Notes: generated by a model not told the origin, from the sequence alone. A DNA stretch of 64,000 nucleotides from an uncultured Gammaproteobacteria bacterium (GCA_947259975.1 CAMYOD010000037.1:9522-73521), one strand, 5' to 3'. Numbered from the stretch's first letter, positions 1 through 10,407 are shown. Translations and numbers: made by a program.

Positions 1-50
1 CCTATGAATGTATTTCGTACCACAATCCACCCCCCAACAATTAAATTTGT

Positions 51-482
51 TCAATCAGTGACTTTTTCCCACGTGCGGCGGAAGAACCCCTTTTTCTTTT
101 TCTTTTTGTCTCCCTCGCGCACAACCAACGTCTCAGCGTCCGCCGCCACCTCGGACTTCGCGTCGGCCCACTTACCACCACGGTTAATCGATACAACCTC
201 GTCGTCGGCGAATACAACGGTCAAACGAGTTGTTTCATCCGGTGAATCGCCGAGCCGGGTATGCGAGTAAAAGTAGTCCCAGCGGGATTCGTGAAAACTA
301 TCGTGCACGAGCGGTGAGCCAAGCACAAATCTGACCTGTCTGCGCGTCATACCGACGTGCACCTTGGCAGCCATTTCGGGTGTTACGATATTGCCCTGTG
401 GCACCTCGAGCTTGTAGTACTTGCAGCCGGTCGACAACACGGCAATCACCACAGATGTGGCGATTATGACGGAAATTCGCAT
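51..482 (-). CDS. bamE: outer membrane protein assembly factor BamE (SmpA/OmlA-family lipoprotein)
   Basis: The ORF at 51..599 contains an internal Met (aa 40) that opens a lipoprotein signal peptide MRISVIIATSVVIAVLSTGC (lipobox), followed by BamE-like KLEVPQGNIVTPE...GMTRRQVRFVLGSP. It is divergent from fur, as omlA-fur is in Pseudomonas. The C-terminus carries an unusual KKKKKK tail. Confidence 0.7.
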   Translation of the reverse strand: MRISVIIATSVVIAVLSTGCKYYKLEVPQGNIVTPEMAAKVHVGMTRRQVRFVLGSPLVHDSFHESRWDYFYSHTRLGDSPDETTRLTVVFADDEVVSINRGGKWADAKSEVAADAETLVVREGDKKKKKKGFFRRTWEKVTD

Positions 483-598
483 TAGGCAATCTTTAATGAG
501 TACATTAAACTGGCAGGATGATAAACCACGCCGGCGGTTTCGTACACCGAGGGCGTGGGCAGTATCACAACGACGAGCAGGCCGGGGCCCTTGAAGCA

Positions 599-1042
599 AT
601 GGGAGATACCACCGCAGACCTTAAAAAGGCGGGGCTGAAGACCACATTACCGCGCGTCAAGATTCTAGGCGTTCTGGAAAGCGCGGCGCAGCGCCATATG
701 GCCGCGGAAGACGTCTATAAGCTCCTGCTCGATGCGGGCGAGGAAGTCGGGCTCGCGACGGTCTATCGGGTGCTGACTCAATTCGAGCAGGCCGGCCTGG
801 TCATCCGCCATAATTTCGAAGGCGGGCGCGCGGTTTTTGAACTCAACCAGGGCAGCCATCACGACCATATGGTGTGCGTGGAATGCGGCCGGGTGTTCGA
901 GTTTTTCGACAAGACCATCGAGGAGCGTCAAACCAGCGTCGCCAAGGCAGCCGGCTTCGTTATCGGCGATCATTCCCTCTATCTGTACGGTGTTTGTGAG
1001 GGCATGAAGAAAAAGGGCGTTTGTTCCAAGGGCGGCAAGTAA
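599..1042 (+). CDS. fur: ferric uptake regulator Fur
   Basis: From the internal Met the sequence reads MGDTTADLKKAGLKTTLPRVKILGVLE...GLATVYRVLTQFEQAGLVIRHNFEGG...HHDHMVCVECGRV, aligning along its length with E. coli/Pseudomonas Fur. The upstream part of ORF 518..1042 is not Fur-like. Confidence 0.85.
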   Translation: MGDTTADLKKAGLKTTLPRVKILGVLESAAQRHMAAEDVYKLLLDAGEEVGLATVYRVLTQFEQAGLVIRHNFEGGRAVFELNQGSHHDHMVCVECGRVFEFFDKTIEERQTSVAKAAGFVIGDHSLYLYGVCEGMKKKGVCSKGGK

Positions 1043-1063
1043 TCCGTCGATTCATGCGCACGA

Positions 1064-2734
1064 TCAGGCCGAGGCCCGCATCAACATGTCTTCTGCGTGC
1101 GCCAGGGTCTGCTCGGTGATACTGATACCCCCGATCATGCGCGCCAATTCCGCCACCCGTGTTTCGCCATCGAGCGCATCGATCGCCACGCTGATTTCCG
1201 GCCTGGATCTTTTTTGCACGCAGTAGTGGTGGGAACCCTGTGCGGCGACCTGGGCCAGATGAGTGATGCACAAGACCTGACGGCTGGCGCCCAGGCTACT
1301 GAGCAGCCGGCCGACAATCTCCGCGACGCGACCGCCGATCCCGACATCAACCTCATCGAAGATAAGTGTGGGGATTCGCCCAATGCTCGCAGCGACTACT
1401 TGCAGCGCCAGGCTGACGCGCGAAAGCTCACCGCCGGAGGCGACTTTCGTTAACGGTTTGAGCGGTTGGCCCGGATTTGCGGTCACGATGAACTCAATCC
1501 GGTCGAAACCGTGTGCGTTGGGAGCATCGGTCCTGTTGCCGGTGACAGCGACCGCAAACTCGCCACCTGCCATGCCGAGTTCCTGCATATGGTCGGTGAC
1601 TTCGCTGGATAAGCGTTTCGCGGCCTTACGGCGCGCCCGGGAAAGCGTCTCGGCGACGGTTTGATATTCCGCCTGTACGCCGGCAAGTTCTTCCTCGATG
1701 GCTGCGAGATGATAATCCGTATCCTCCAGCTCGCTGAGTTGCTGTGCGAGACGCTCGCGCACCGCGGACAGTTGTTCCGGTTGCACGCGATGCTTGCGGG
1801 CCAGGTCATGGATGGTGCCGAGCTGCTGATCGACGCTGCCCAGTCGATCCGGGTCGAGCTGCAGCCGGTCCAGGTAATGGCGCAAACTATTTACCGTTTC
1901 ATCTACCTGAATCAACGCCTCGTTAAGTAACTTGATATTCTCGTCGAGTGCACCGTCAAACTTTGTCAGAATATGTAAGCGTTCGTTGGCACTCACCAGC
2001 AGTTGATTGGCGTTGCCGTTCTCATCCTCATACAACGCAGCAATCGTCGCCTGAATCCCCTCAATCAATTCGCTGGCATTGGCCAGCCGTGCATGCTCGT
2101 CCTGCAGTGCCGCGTACTCGTCCCTGCCCAGGGTCAGGTCTTTTAGTTCGTCGACCTGGTAGCGCAACAGTTCAAGCCGTTCGTCCCGGTCCTGCAGGTC
2201 GGCGCTTAACTTGTCGCGCCGCTGCAACAAGGCACGGTAATCGTGATAGAGCGCGCTCACACGGCGGACATTGTCGGTTTGTTCTGCATAGTCGTCCAGG
2301 ATCTGGCGCTGCACATCACGTTTAAGAAGGGACTGATGTTCATGTTGCCCGTGGATGTCGACCAACAGATCGCCGAGATCTCGCAGTGACTGCATGGCGA
2401 CCGGACGTCCATTGATAAATCCCTTGGTCGGTTTTTCCCGATAGATGAGGCGTCGCAATACACATTGCCCATCCTCGAACAGATCATTTTCCTCGAGCCA
2501 CTGTGCGGCATCCTGGTCGGCGTGGACATGGAACGAGGCGAGCACCTCGGCACTATCGCAACCATGACGAATCACATCTGTATCTGCGCGTGTGCCCAGC
2601 ACCAGCGACAAGGCGTCGATCATTATGGATTTACCGGCACCGGTCTCGCCGGTGAATACGTTCAGGCCGTGATCCAGACTCAGTTCGAGCTGCTTGACGA
2701 CGGCCAGATCCCGTATGTAGAGGTCAGTCAGCAC
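1064..2734 (-). CDS. recN: DNA repair protein RecN
   Basis: 556 aa. The N-terminus MLTDLYIRDLAVV...FTGETGAGKSIMIDALSLVLG carries a Walker A motif, followed by an SMC-like coiled-coil and a C-terminal ...LDALDGETRVAELARM region. The position downstream of fur matches Pseudomonas. Confidence 0.9.
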   Translation of the reverse strand: MLTDLYIRDLAVVKQLELSLDHGLNVFTGETGAGKSIMIDALSLVLGTRADTDVIRHGCDSAEVLASFHVHADQDAAQWLEENDLFEDGQCVLRRLIYREKPTKGFINGRPVAMQSLRDLGDLLVDIHGQHEHQSLLKRDVQRQILDDYAEQTDNVRRVSALYHDYRALLQRRDKLSADLQDRDERLELLRYQVDELKDLTLGRDEYAALQDEHARLANASELIEGIQATIAALYEDENGNANQLLVSANERLHILTKFDGALDENIKLLNEALIQVDETVNSLRHYLDRLQLDPDRLGSVDQQLGTIHDLARKHRVQPEQLSAVRERLAQQLSELEDTDYHLAAIEEELAGVQAEYQTVAETLSRARRKAAKRLSSEVTDHMQELGMAGGEFAVAVTGNRTDAPNAHGFDRIEFIVTANPGQPLKPLTKVASGGELSRVSLALQVVAASIGRIPTLIFDEVDVGIGGRVAEIVGRLLSSLGASRQVLCITHLAQVAAQGSHHYCVQKRSRPEISVAIDALDGETRVAELARMIGGISITEQTLAHAEDMLMRASA

Positions 2735-2738
2735 GTCG

Positions 2739-3623
2739 TTACCCTGTGGGTTTTTCTCCCCAATGCAGTTTTGCCCGCAACACGTCGTAATGACTGCGGC
2801 CGCTGGGATGAATCAGGGTGACGGCTTTATCGGCGCGGCGCACATAGATGCAATCTTCGCCCTGGACTGGAAAAATGGTCTGACCGTCGAACGTCACATT
2901 CGCCGCGTGTTGCGGCACATCGGTCAAGACCACCTCGACGACGCAATCATTGCTGACCACGATCGGTCGATCGCTCAGTGTGTGTGGGCATATCGGCACC
3001 AATACGATTGCCGGTAACCGCGGATTAAGGATCGGCCCGCCGGCGGACAAGGCATAGGCCGTCGATCCCGTGGGCGTGGCGACGATGATGCCGTCGGCGC
3101 GCATACTGTTGACGAACTCGCCGTCCAGGTAGGTTTCGAATTCGATCAGACGGGAGAGCCCCGACTTGCCGATGATAACGTCGTTGAATGCATTCGAGGC
3201 ATGAACGATTTTGCCCTTACGCATAATCTCGCCGTCGAGCAGGAACCGTTTCTCGGACTCATAGTCACCCGCGAGAATGGGCCCCAGGTCTTCCGTCATC
3301 TGATCCGCCGGTATGTCGGTGAGAAAGCCGAGTCGTCCCAGGTTGATCCCGAGTAGCGGCACACCGCTGGGCGCCATGGACCGGGCCAGGTTCAGCATGG
3401 TGCCGTCGCCGCCGACCACGATGGCGAGGTCGATCTCGCCGCTGATCGCCGGGCGTGGCAGGCTTTCCGCCAGTGGCTGGTCGATGGTGGCGGCGGTGGT
3501 CTCGCCCAACAGCACTTCGAGACCACGCTGTTTCAGATAGCGCGTGAGGTCGTTGACCACGTGGCCGACGCTGGCGTCTTGGTACTTTCCGAAAAGACCG
3601 ATAGTTTTGAACGGCTTAGGCAT
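2739..3623 (-). CDS. nadK: NAD kinase
   Basis: 294 aa with the GGDGT(M)L motif (VVGGDGTMLNLAR), NAD-kinase core DGIIVATPTGSTAYALSAGGPIL, and a typical PpnK N-terminus. Confidence 0.9.
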   Translation of the reverse strand: MPKPFKTIGLFGKYQDASVGHVVNDLTRYLKQRGLEVLLGETTAATIDQPLAESLPRPAISGEIDLAIVVGGDGTMLNLARSMAPSGVPLLGINLGRLGFLTDIPADQMTEDLGPILAGDYESEKRFLLDGEIMRKGKIVHASNAFNDVIIGKSGLSRLIEFETYLDGEFVNSMRADGIIVATPTGSTAYALSAGGPILNPRLPAIVLVPICPHTLSDRPIVVSNDCVVEVVLTDVPQHAANVTFDGQTIFPVQGEDCIYVRRADKAVTLIHPSGRSHYDVLRAKLHWGEKPTG

Positions 3624-3723
3624 GCATGGGTTCCTTTTTTTCTAACCTATCACGGGGGTGGGTCCGGTGCCAGCGGTACACGGGTCGAGCTTGACAGTCC
3701 GCCGGGTCCGTTGCTAGCTTGCC

Positions 3724-3750
3724 TTGGCACTCATATCCTGAGAGTGCCAG
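3724..3750 (+). promoter_or_regulatory. CIRCE operator (HrcA-binding inverted repeat) upstream of hrcA-grpE-dnaK-dnaJ
   Basis: TTGGCACTC-N9-GAGTGCCAG (consensus TTAGCACTC-N9-GAGTGCTAA) lies 16 bp upstream of the hrcA start. A TTGACA hexamer sits at 3691-3696. Confidence 0.7.
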
Positions 3751-3765
3751 ACTAGTCATACGATC

Positions 3766-4797
3766 ATGTCACTGAATACCCGGGCCGAAGTTCTCTTCAA
3801 GACGCTGGTGCAGCTCTACATCGACGGTGGACAGCCGGTCGGTTCGCGGACCCTTGCGCGCCAAGCGGGCCTGGAACTGAGCCCGGCGACCATCCGCAAC
3901 GTCATGGCCGATCTGGAAGAGCTGGGCCTGGTCGAGTCGCCGCACACCTCGGCGGGTCGGGTGCCGACCCAGCTCGGTTACCGCTTGTTCGTCGACTCGC
4001 TGGTCAAGGTATCGCCCCTGGATCAGAAGGCGCTGCACATGATCGAAGATAAATTGACCTCGAAGCACGACCCACAGGCGCTGCTGGCGTCGGCGTCCAG
4101 TCTGTTATCGGAGTTTACCCATTTGGCTGGGGTGGTTACCGTGCCGAAGCCGGATCATGCGGCGCTGCGCCAGCTGGAATTCGTACGCATGTCCAAGGAC
4201 CGGATCCTGGTCATTCTTGTGACCAACGAAGGCCGTGTGCAGAACCAGATAATCGGAGCGGATCGGGAATACTCCGACAGCGAATTGGTGGAAGCCGGCA
4301 ATTTCTTCAATGCCACTTATGGCGGTATGTCTCTCGATGACGTCAGGCATGAGCTCTTGACGGCAATGGAGCGGGACAGCCGCGACATGCATCGAATCAC
4401 GCAGACCGCGTTAGAGATGGCGCGGCAGATGTTTCAGCAGGCGGAAGATGACGCGGAAGAGGAATTGGTGGTCAGCGGTGAGGCGAATCTACTCGAAGTA
4501 CCAGAATGGAGTGATGTTTCGAAATTGCGCGATCTATTCAGCGCGTTTAAACGGAAACGCGACCTCCTGCACCTGTTGGATCGCAGCGTGCGTACCAGCG
4601 GCATTCAGATCTTCATCGGTGACGAGTCGGGGTACCGACCGCTGCATGACTGCAGTGTGATTTCGGCGCCCTATGAAGTCGACGGCAGTGTCGTCGGCAC
4701 GCTGGCCGTCGTCGGTCCGACGCGGATGTCCTACGAGCGTGTCATCCCCATGGTGGACGTCACCGCCCGCCTGCTCAGCAGCGCCTTGCGCGGCTGA
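3766..4797 (+). CDS. hrcA: heat-inducible transcription repressor HrcA
   Basis: 343 aa. The N-terminal winged helix is LNTRAEVLFKTLVQLYIDGGQPVGSRTLARQ...LSPATIRNVMADLEELGLV. HrcA-family length; a CIRCE element lies immediately upstream. Confidence 0.9.
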   Translation: MSLNTRAEVLFKTLVQLYIDGGQPVGSRTLARQAGLELSPATIRNVMADLEELGLVESPHTSAGRVPTQLGYRLFVDSLVKVSPLDQKALHMIEDKLTSKHDPQALLASASSLLSEFTHLAGVVTVPKPDHAALRQLEFVRMSKDRILVILVTNEGRVQNQIIGADREYSDSELVEAGNFFNATYGGMSLDDVRHELLTAMERDSRDMHRITQTALEMARQMFQQAEDDAEEELVVSGEANLLEVPEWSDVSKLRDLFSAFKRKRDLLHLLDRSVRTSGIQIFIGDESGYRPLHDCSVISAPYEVDGSVVGTLAVVGPTRMSYERVIPMVDVTARLLSSALRG

Positions 4798-4931
4798 CGG
4801 CCTGATCGCCCGGGTCCGAACCGGCGGCCGGGCCCGCGTCTCGCTCCCCAGGTGTCGGGATAGCCTTGAAACCCCGCCTGATCAGCCCCATTTACACTTT
4901 ATTCAATACCGTATCCAGGGGTTTGTGCTGT

Positions 4932-5528
4932 ATGACTAAGGAGCAGAAGGGTGCCGACGTGGCGCCCGGTGAGGACGGGGGGCTTGGGGAGGCCGCGGCG
5001 CAGGCCGCTGCGGGCGACGCGGATAGGCTGCAGGCGCGGCTGGACGAGGCGGTTGCCGCCCTGGCCGAGCAAAAAGACAAGGTCTTGCGCGCGCATGCCG
5101 AAGTCGAAAATGTCCGTCGCCGCGCCGAGACCGAGGTCGCCAATGCACGTAAGTTCGGCCTCGAGCGTTTCGCCGCCGAAATCATCAGCGTCAAAGACAG
5201 TCTTGAGCTCGCTCAGGCAGTCGACCTCCAACACGACAACAAGGATGCCGTCGCCAAGATGTTCGAGGGCATCGAACTGACCGACAAGCTGCTTGCGAAT
5301 ATTTTCGAGAAATTCCAGCTTGTCGTCGTGGCACCGGCGAAGGGTGACAAGTTCGACCCCGAGCGGCACCAGGCCATGAGCATGATGGAGTCCTCGGAGG
5401 TACCGGCGAACCATGTGCTGAACCTGGTGCAGAAGGGTTATACCCTGCATGAGCGCCTGCTGCGCCCGGCGATGGTGATCGTGGCCAAACAGGCGACGGC
5501 AAATGCCGCCGACGAGGCCCCGGAATAG
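4932..5528 (+). CDS. grpE: nucleotide exchange factor GrpE
   Basis: From the internal Met (MTKEQKG...) the sequence aligns with E. coli GrpE (MSSKEQKT...): LRAHAEVENVRRRAE, KFGLERFAAEI, VAKMFEGIELT, NLVQKGYTLHERLLRPAMV. Confidence 0.85.
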   Translation: MTKEQKGADVAPGEDGGLGEAAAQAAAGDADRLQARLDEAVAALAEQKDKVLRAHAEVENVRRRAETEVANARKFGLERFAAEIISVKDSLELAQAVDLQHDNKDAVAKMFEGIELTDKLLANIFEKFQLVVVAPAKGDKFDPERHQAMSMMESSEVPANHVLNLVQKGYTLHERLLRPAMVIVAKQATANAADEAPE

Positions 5529-5629
5529 CCCGCGAAAAGGCTTGAAAATAAGGTGCGCAGCCCCATTTTCTAGGTATATGGCGGCCGCTGCGCCTGGCAG
5601 ACAATCTGGATTTATTTGAGGAATACCAC

Positions 5630-7564
5630 ATGGCCAAGATAATCGGCATTGATTTGGGAACCACCAACTCCTGTGTTGCGGTGATGGAGGGCGACAAGCC
5701 CCGCGTGATCGAGAACGCGGAGGGCACGCGCACGACCCCGTCGGTGGTGGCGTTTACTGAAGACGGCGAGGTGCTGGTCGGCCAATCGGCGAAGCGTCAG
5801 GCCGTGACCAACCCGGAACACACCCTGTTTGCCATCAAACGCCTGATTGGCCGCAAGTTCGATGAAGACGTCGTGCAGCGGGACATGGAACTCGTGCCCT
5901 ACAAAATCGTCAAGGCGAAGAACGGCGACGCCTGGGTGGCCGCCCGTGGCAAGGAAATGGCGGCGCCCGAGGTGTCCGCACGGGTGCTGCAGAAGATGAA
6001 GCAGACCGCGGAGGACTATCTCGGCGAGGAGGTCAAGGAAGCCGTCATTACGGTCCCGGCCTACTTTAACGATTCACAGCGGCAGGCGACGAAAGACGCC
6101 GGCCGTATCGCGGGACTCGACGTCAAACGCATTATCAACGAGCCGACCGCCGCGGCGCTCGCCTTCGGGCTCGACAAAAAGGCCGGTGATCGCACGATTG
6201 CCGTTTATGATCTCGGTGGTGGTACCTTCGATATTTCGATCATTGAGATCGCGGATGTGGACGGTGAGCACCAGTTCGAGGTGTTGTCGACCAATGGTGA
6301 CACCTTCCTCGGCGGTGAAGATTTCGATAAACGCGTCATCGATTATCTCTCGGATGAATTCAAGAAGGACAACGGCATCGATCTGCGCGGTGATCCGCTC
6401 GCCATGCAGCGCCTCAAGGAGGCCGCCGAAAAAGCCAAGATCGAGCTGTCCTCGAGCCAGCAGACCGAAGTCAATCTGCCCTACATCACTGCGGACCAGA
6501 CCGGCCCCAAGCACCTGAATGTCAAATTGACCCGCGCCAAACTGGAGTCGTTGGTCGAAGACCTCGTGACGCGCACGGTGGAGCCCTGCAAGACCGCCCT
6601 CAAGGATGCCGGGCTGAAGGGCGCAGATATCGACGATGTGATTCTGGTTGGTGGCCAGACCCGTATGCCCAAGGTGCAGGAGGTGGTGCAGGACTTTTTC
6701 GGCAAGGAGCCGCGCCGGGATGTCAATCCGGATGAGGCGGTGGCGGTCGGTGCCGCCATTCAGGGCGGTGTCCTGGGTGGTGCGGTCAAAGACGTGCTCT
6801 TGCTCGATGTCACGCCCTTGTCGTTGGGTATCGAGACCCTGGGCGGCGTCATGACCAAGCTCATCGAGAAGAACACCACCATTCCGACCAAGACCAATCA
6901 GGTGTTTTCCACCGCGGACGACAATCAGACCGCAGTGACGGTGCACGTCATGCAGGGTGAGCGCGAGATGGCCGGGGGCAACAAGTCGCTCGGCAAGTTT
7001 GATCTCTCCGGCATCCCCCCGGCGCCGCGCGGTGTGCCACAGATCGATGTGGAATTCGATATCGATGCGAACGGTATTCTGCATGTGTCGGCGAAAGACA
7101 AGGCCACCGGCCAGGAGAATCGGATCGAGATCCGTGGCAGTTCCGGTCTCAGTGACGAGGAAATCGATCGCATGGTGCAGGATGCGGAGACCCATGCCGA
7201 CGAGGATCGTAAGGCCCACGAATTGGTCGAGACCCGTAATCAGGCAGATGCCATGATCCACAGCGTGCGCAAATCCATGGACGAACTCGGCGACAAACTC
7301 GACGCCGCGGAGAAAGAGAAGATCGAAGCCGCCATCAAGGATGTTGACGAGGCTCTGAAGTCCGACGACAAGGACGCGATCAGCGGCAAGACCGAAGCCT
7401 TGGCGCAGGCGAGTCACAAACTGGCGGAGCAGTTGTATGCGCAGGCCAGTGATGCTGAGCAGGCCGCGGAGGCAGGTGCGCAGCCGGAGGCCGAGAGTGA
7501 GGCCGCGAGCGCCGAGGACGTGGTCGACGCCGAGTTCGAAGAGGTCAAAGAGGACAAGGGTTAA
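5630..7564 (+). CDS. dnaK: molecular chaperone DnaK (Hsp70)
   Basis: 644 aa with [32 protein letters not shown] and a C-terminal acidic EEVKEDKG; canonical Hsp70. Confidence 0.95.
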   Translation: MAKIIGIDLGTTNSCVAVMEGDKPRVIENAEGTRTTPSVVAFTEDGEVLVGQSAKRQAVTNPEHTLFAIKRLIGRKFDEDVVQRDMELVPYKIVKAKNGDAWVAARGKEMAAPEVSARVLQKMKQTAEDYLGEEVKEAVITVPAYFNDSQRQATKDAGRIAGLDVKRIINEPTAAALAFGLDKKAGDRTIAVYDLGGGTFDISIIEIADVDGEHQFEVLSTNGDTFLGGEDFDKRVIDYLSDEFKKDNGIDLRGDPLAMQRLKEAAEKAKIELSSSQQTEVNLPYITADQTGPKHLNVKLTRAKLESLVEDLVTRTVEPCKTALKDAGLKGADIDDVILVGGQTRMPKVQEVVQDFFGKEPRRDVNPDEAVAVGAAIQGGVLGGAVKDVLLLDVTPLSLGIETLGGVMTKLIEKNTTIPTKTNQVFSTADDNQTAVTVHVMQGEREMAGGNKSLGKFDLSGIPPAPRGVPQIDVEFDIDANGILHVSAKDKATGQENRIEIRGSSGLSDEEIDRMVQDAETHADEDRKAHELVETRNQADAMIHSVRKSMDELGDKLDAAEKEKIEAAIKDVDEALKSDDKDAISGKTEALAQASHKLAEQLYAQASDAEQAAEAGAQPEAESEAASAEDVVDAEFEEVKEDKG

Positions 7565-7713
7565 CACTCCGGCGCACGTACAGCGCGGGGCTGGTTCTAA
7601 TGTAGCGGCACGGGTGTGGAACTGACGATTCCACGCCTGTGCCTTTGTACGTCTAGCGCGGGTAATCGATAACATGGACGCGGTGCGATAACACCGTGTC
7701 GAGACGGGAAGAC

Positions 7714-8853
7714 ATGGCGAAAGCGGACTATTACGAAACACTGGGTGTGGCGCGCAACGCCTCCGAGGCGGAGCTGAAGAAGGCCTATCGTCGCCTGGCG
7801 ATGAAACATCACCCGGACCGCAACGCCGGCGATAAAGATGCGGAGCACAAATTCAAGGAGGCCAAGGAGGCGTATGACGTTCTCAGCGACGCGCAAAAAC
7901 GCGCCGCCTATGATCAGTTCGGACACGCCGGTGTCGACCCGTCCATGGGCGGCGGTGGGTTTCACGCCGCGGGTGGGGCTGCCGGTTTCGGCGACATTTT
8001 CGGCGACATTTTCGGCGACATTTTCGGCGGCGGTCGACGTGGCGGTGGACGCACGGCGGCGCACGGCGCCGATCTGCGGTACAATCTGGAGCTGAATCTT
8101 GAAGACGCGGTGCGCGGTACCGAGGTCAAGGTACGTGTGCCGACTATGGTGCGCTGCGAAACCTGCGAAGGCACCGGCGCGAAGCCGGGTTCGGCACCCA
8201 CGTCCTGCGGTACCTGCGGCGGTCATGGTCAAGTGCGCATGCAGCAGGGATTTTTCTCCATTCAACAGACTTGTCCGGCGTGCCATGGTCGTGGCCAGGT
8301 CATCAATGACCCCTGCACCACCTGTCACGGTCAGGGACGGCAACGGCAGACAAAGACCCTGTCGGTCAAGATCCCGGCGGGGATCGATTCCGGCGACCAG
8401 ATCCGCTTGGCGGGCGAAGGCGAGGCCGGCGAGCACGGCGCTCCGCCCGGCGACTTGTATGTGCATATCCGGATCAAGCCGCACGCCATATTCAAACGGG
8501 AACAGGATGACCTTTACTGCGAGATGCCGGTCAGTTTTCCGACCCTGGCACTGGGCGGTGAACTGGAGGTGCCTACGCTGGACGGTCGCGCCAAGCTCAA
8601 GATTCCCCCCGAGACGCAGACGGAAAAGCTATTCCGTATGCGCGGTAAGGGCGTAAAAAACGTGCGCAGCGGACATGTGGGCGATCTATTTTGTCGCGTA
8701 AGTGTCGAAACGCCGGTCAAACTGAACAAACGGCAAAAGGAAATCCTGCAGGAGTTCGAGGAAGTCACGCACGGCGGCGGCAGCCGTCACAACCCGCGCG
8801 CGGAGTCGTGGGCGGGTAAAATCAAGTCGTTTCTCGACGATATTGTCAGTTAA
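7714..8853 (+). CDS. dnaJ: molecular chaperone DnaJ
   Basis: J domain [12 protein letters not shown]...HPDRN, a G/F region, and four CxxCxG zinc-finger repeats ([32 protein letters not shown]). The start is taken at the internal Met of ORF 7696. Confidence 0.9.
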   Translation: MAKADYYETLGVARNASEAELKKAYRRLAMKHHPDRNAGDKDAEHKFKEAKEAYDVLSDAQKRAAYDQFGHAGVDPSMGGGGFHAAGGAAGFGDIFGDIFGDIFGGGRRGGGRTAAHGADLRYNLELNLEDAVRGTEVKVRVPTMVRCETCEGTGAKPGSAPTSCGTCGGHGQVRMQQGFFSIQQTCPACHGRGQVINDPCTTCHGQGRQRQTKTLSVKIPAGIDSGDQIRLAGEGEAGEHGAPPGDLYVHIRIKPHAIFKREQDDLYCEMPVSFPTLALGGELEVPTLDGRAKLKIPPETQTEKLFRMRGKGVKNVRSGHVGDLFCRVSVETPVKLNKRQKEILQEFEEVTHGGGSRHNPRAESWAGKIKSFLDDIVS

Positions 8854-8864
8854 GCGGCACCACC

Positions 8865-9851
8865 TCAGGCGAGTGCACCACCGCAGCTACTGCCCGTACC
8901 GGCGGTACAGCCCAGACAGTGCCGGCCGACGGCGATGACACCATCCTTGAGTGCGCTCGCGTCGATATCCCACAGATAACGCTGCGCACCTCCCGCCAGC
9001 GGCAGATCGAGCATCTGATTAAAGTCGCAATCGAACACGCGCCCCAACCAGTCCACGCTGATCAGGTGCCGGCACATGAGACCCGGTACCGTAAGTGGAT
9101 TGAAACTGTCCCATAACAGACGTTCATATGCCTTGAGCTCACCATCCCTCTGCAACGCGTGCCGGAAGCGGTTGATGGGCAGATTGGTAATCGTTAACAG
9201 GTTCGAGAACTCGATCGTAAAATCCTCGCGCAACCGCGTCCTGTAATCGGCCTCCAGTTTGTCCTGTGCTGCGGGCAAAAAGGCACCGCCGGGGTTATAG
9301 ACCAGGTCGAGCACGCGGTCCTCACGCGTGCCGTAACCCAGCCGATTCAACTGTTGCAGGGCCCGGATGCTCTTGGCAAACACCCCCTTGCCCCGTTGGC
9401 GGTCGACGTTTTCGCGGGTGTAACAGGGCAGGGAGCAAACCAGTCGGACGCACCGCTGTGCATACCAGGCGGCCAGATCCTCCTGGTCGGGCTCGAGCAG
9501 CACCGTTAGATTACACCGCGATGTGACTGCAATCCCAGCGGTGAGCAACGCATCTACGAATTGGCGAAAGTGGGGGTTGAGTTCCGGCGCGCCGCCGGTG
9601 AGATCCGCATGATTCACGCCGGCGGTGCGCGCCCAGGCAAGTATATTTTCCATGGTCGCCCAGGACATGATCTCGGTGCGGTTGGGGCCCGCATCTACAT
9701 GACAATGATGACAGGCCTGGTTGCACAGGCGACCGACATTTACCTGTAGTTCGCTCAGGACGTCCCGTCGCAGCGGCGCCAGACCGTGTTGGCGCAACGC
9801 CTCATCGAAACCGCCGACCGCCGCCGATGAAAGACTTACATGTTGATCCAA
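8865..9851 (-). CDS. radical SAM protein with C-terminal Cys-rich domain (ArsS-like / rSAM-Cys-rich family)
   Basis: CNQACHHCH (CxxxCxxC radical-SAM cluster motif) near the N-terminus and a Cys-rich C-terminus ...GRHCLGCTAGTGSSCGG. Family assignment from memory of the arsenosugar-type/TIGR04167-like architecture; not verifiable here. Confidence 0.65.
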   Translation of the reverse strand: MDQHVSLSSAAVGGFDEALRQHGLAPLRRDVLSELQVNVGRLCNQACHHCHVDAGPNRTEIMSWATMENILAWARTAGVNHADLTGGAPELNPHFRQFVDALLTAGIAVTSRCNLTVLLEPDQEDLAAWYAQRCVRLVCSLPCYTRENVDRQRGKGVFAKSIRALQQLNRLGYGTREDRVLDLVYNPGGAFLPAAQDKLEADYRTRLREDFTIEFSNLLTITNLPINRFRHALQRDGELKAYERLLWDSFNPLTVPGLMCRHLISVDWLGRVFDCDFNQMLDLPLAGGAQRYLWDIDASALKDGVIAVGRHCLGCTAGTGSSCGGALA

Positions 9852-9914
9852 ACCTCGCCTCGTTTCTTGTTATAGGAGCCGCTGCGCGCCCGGATGGCGC
9901 GCGGCATACCGACG

Positions 9915-10355
9915 CTAGCCCATGTACTTCTTGCGGATGAAATGGTCGATGGAAATCTTGCCTGGTCCGTGCAACAACGGAATCAATAACATTAACCCCC
10001 AGACCTTGTGATCAAGTATGCCCGCCTCATTGAGCGACGGGTAGGAGACGACGGCAATGATATTGAACACGAACAGCACGAATGCGCTGAAGCGGCCGGC
10101 GAGACCAAACGCGAGTAAGACGGGGAAAATCAGTTCCGTGGCGGTGCCCAGGAATGCGGCAACTTGCGGCGAAAGAAAGGGCACCTGGTATTCGTAGGTA
10201 AACAGAGTCACCGTGGTGTCCCAACTCTGAATCTTGGTCAGCCCTGATTTCCAGAATACATTGGCGACCCACAAACGAATTGCGAGATCAGCGATCGGTG
10301 CAAGGAAATCGAGGGCGCGAATCTTGAGTCGCAGCAGGTCAATTAGTTTTTGCAT
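9915..10355 (-). CDS. DoxX-family membrane protein
   Basis: 146 aa with four predicted TM helices and a DoxX-like hydrophobic pattern (...VFWKSGLTK...LFTYEY...). It is the last gene of the DUF2282/DUF692/DUF2063 cluster, the usual position of DoxX in such operons. Confidence 0.65.
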   Translation of the reverse strand: MQKLIDLLRLKIRALDFLAPIADLAIRLWVANVFWKSGLTKIQSWDTTVTLFTYEYQVPFLSPQVAAFLGTATELIFPVLLAFGLAGRFSAFVLFVFNIIAVVSYPSLNEAGILDHKVWGLMLLIPLLHGPGKISIDHFIRKKYMG

Positions 10356-10407
10356 CGTTCTTGCCTCCTTACTACCTAGTTTTTGTGTGGTGCGTTGTAT
10401 TCGTGCC

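Noticed and set aside
6074-7741. 555-aa ORF antisense to dnaK
   Set aside because: It lies entirely within and opposite the conserved dnaK gene, with an Arg/Gly/Leu-rich low-complexity translation typical of spurious ORFs in high-GC DNA.
7987-8022. 12-bp x3 tandem repeat (ttcggcgacatt) inside dnaJ
   Set aside because: It encodes the [12 protein letters not shown] stretch of the normal G/F-rich linker of DnaJ; ordinary low-complexity coding repeat, not a separate element.
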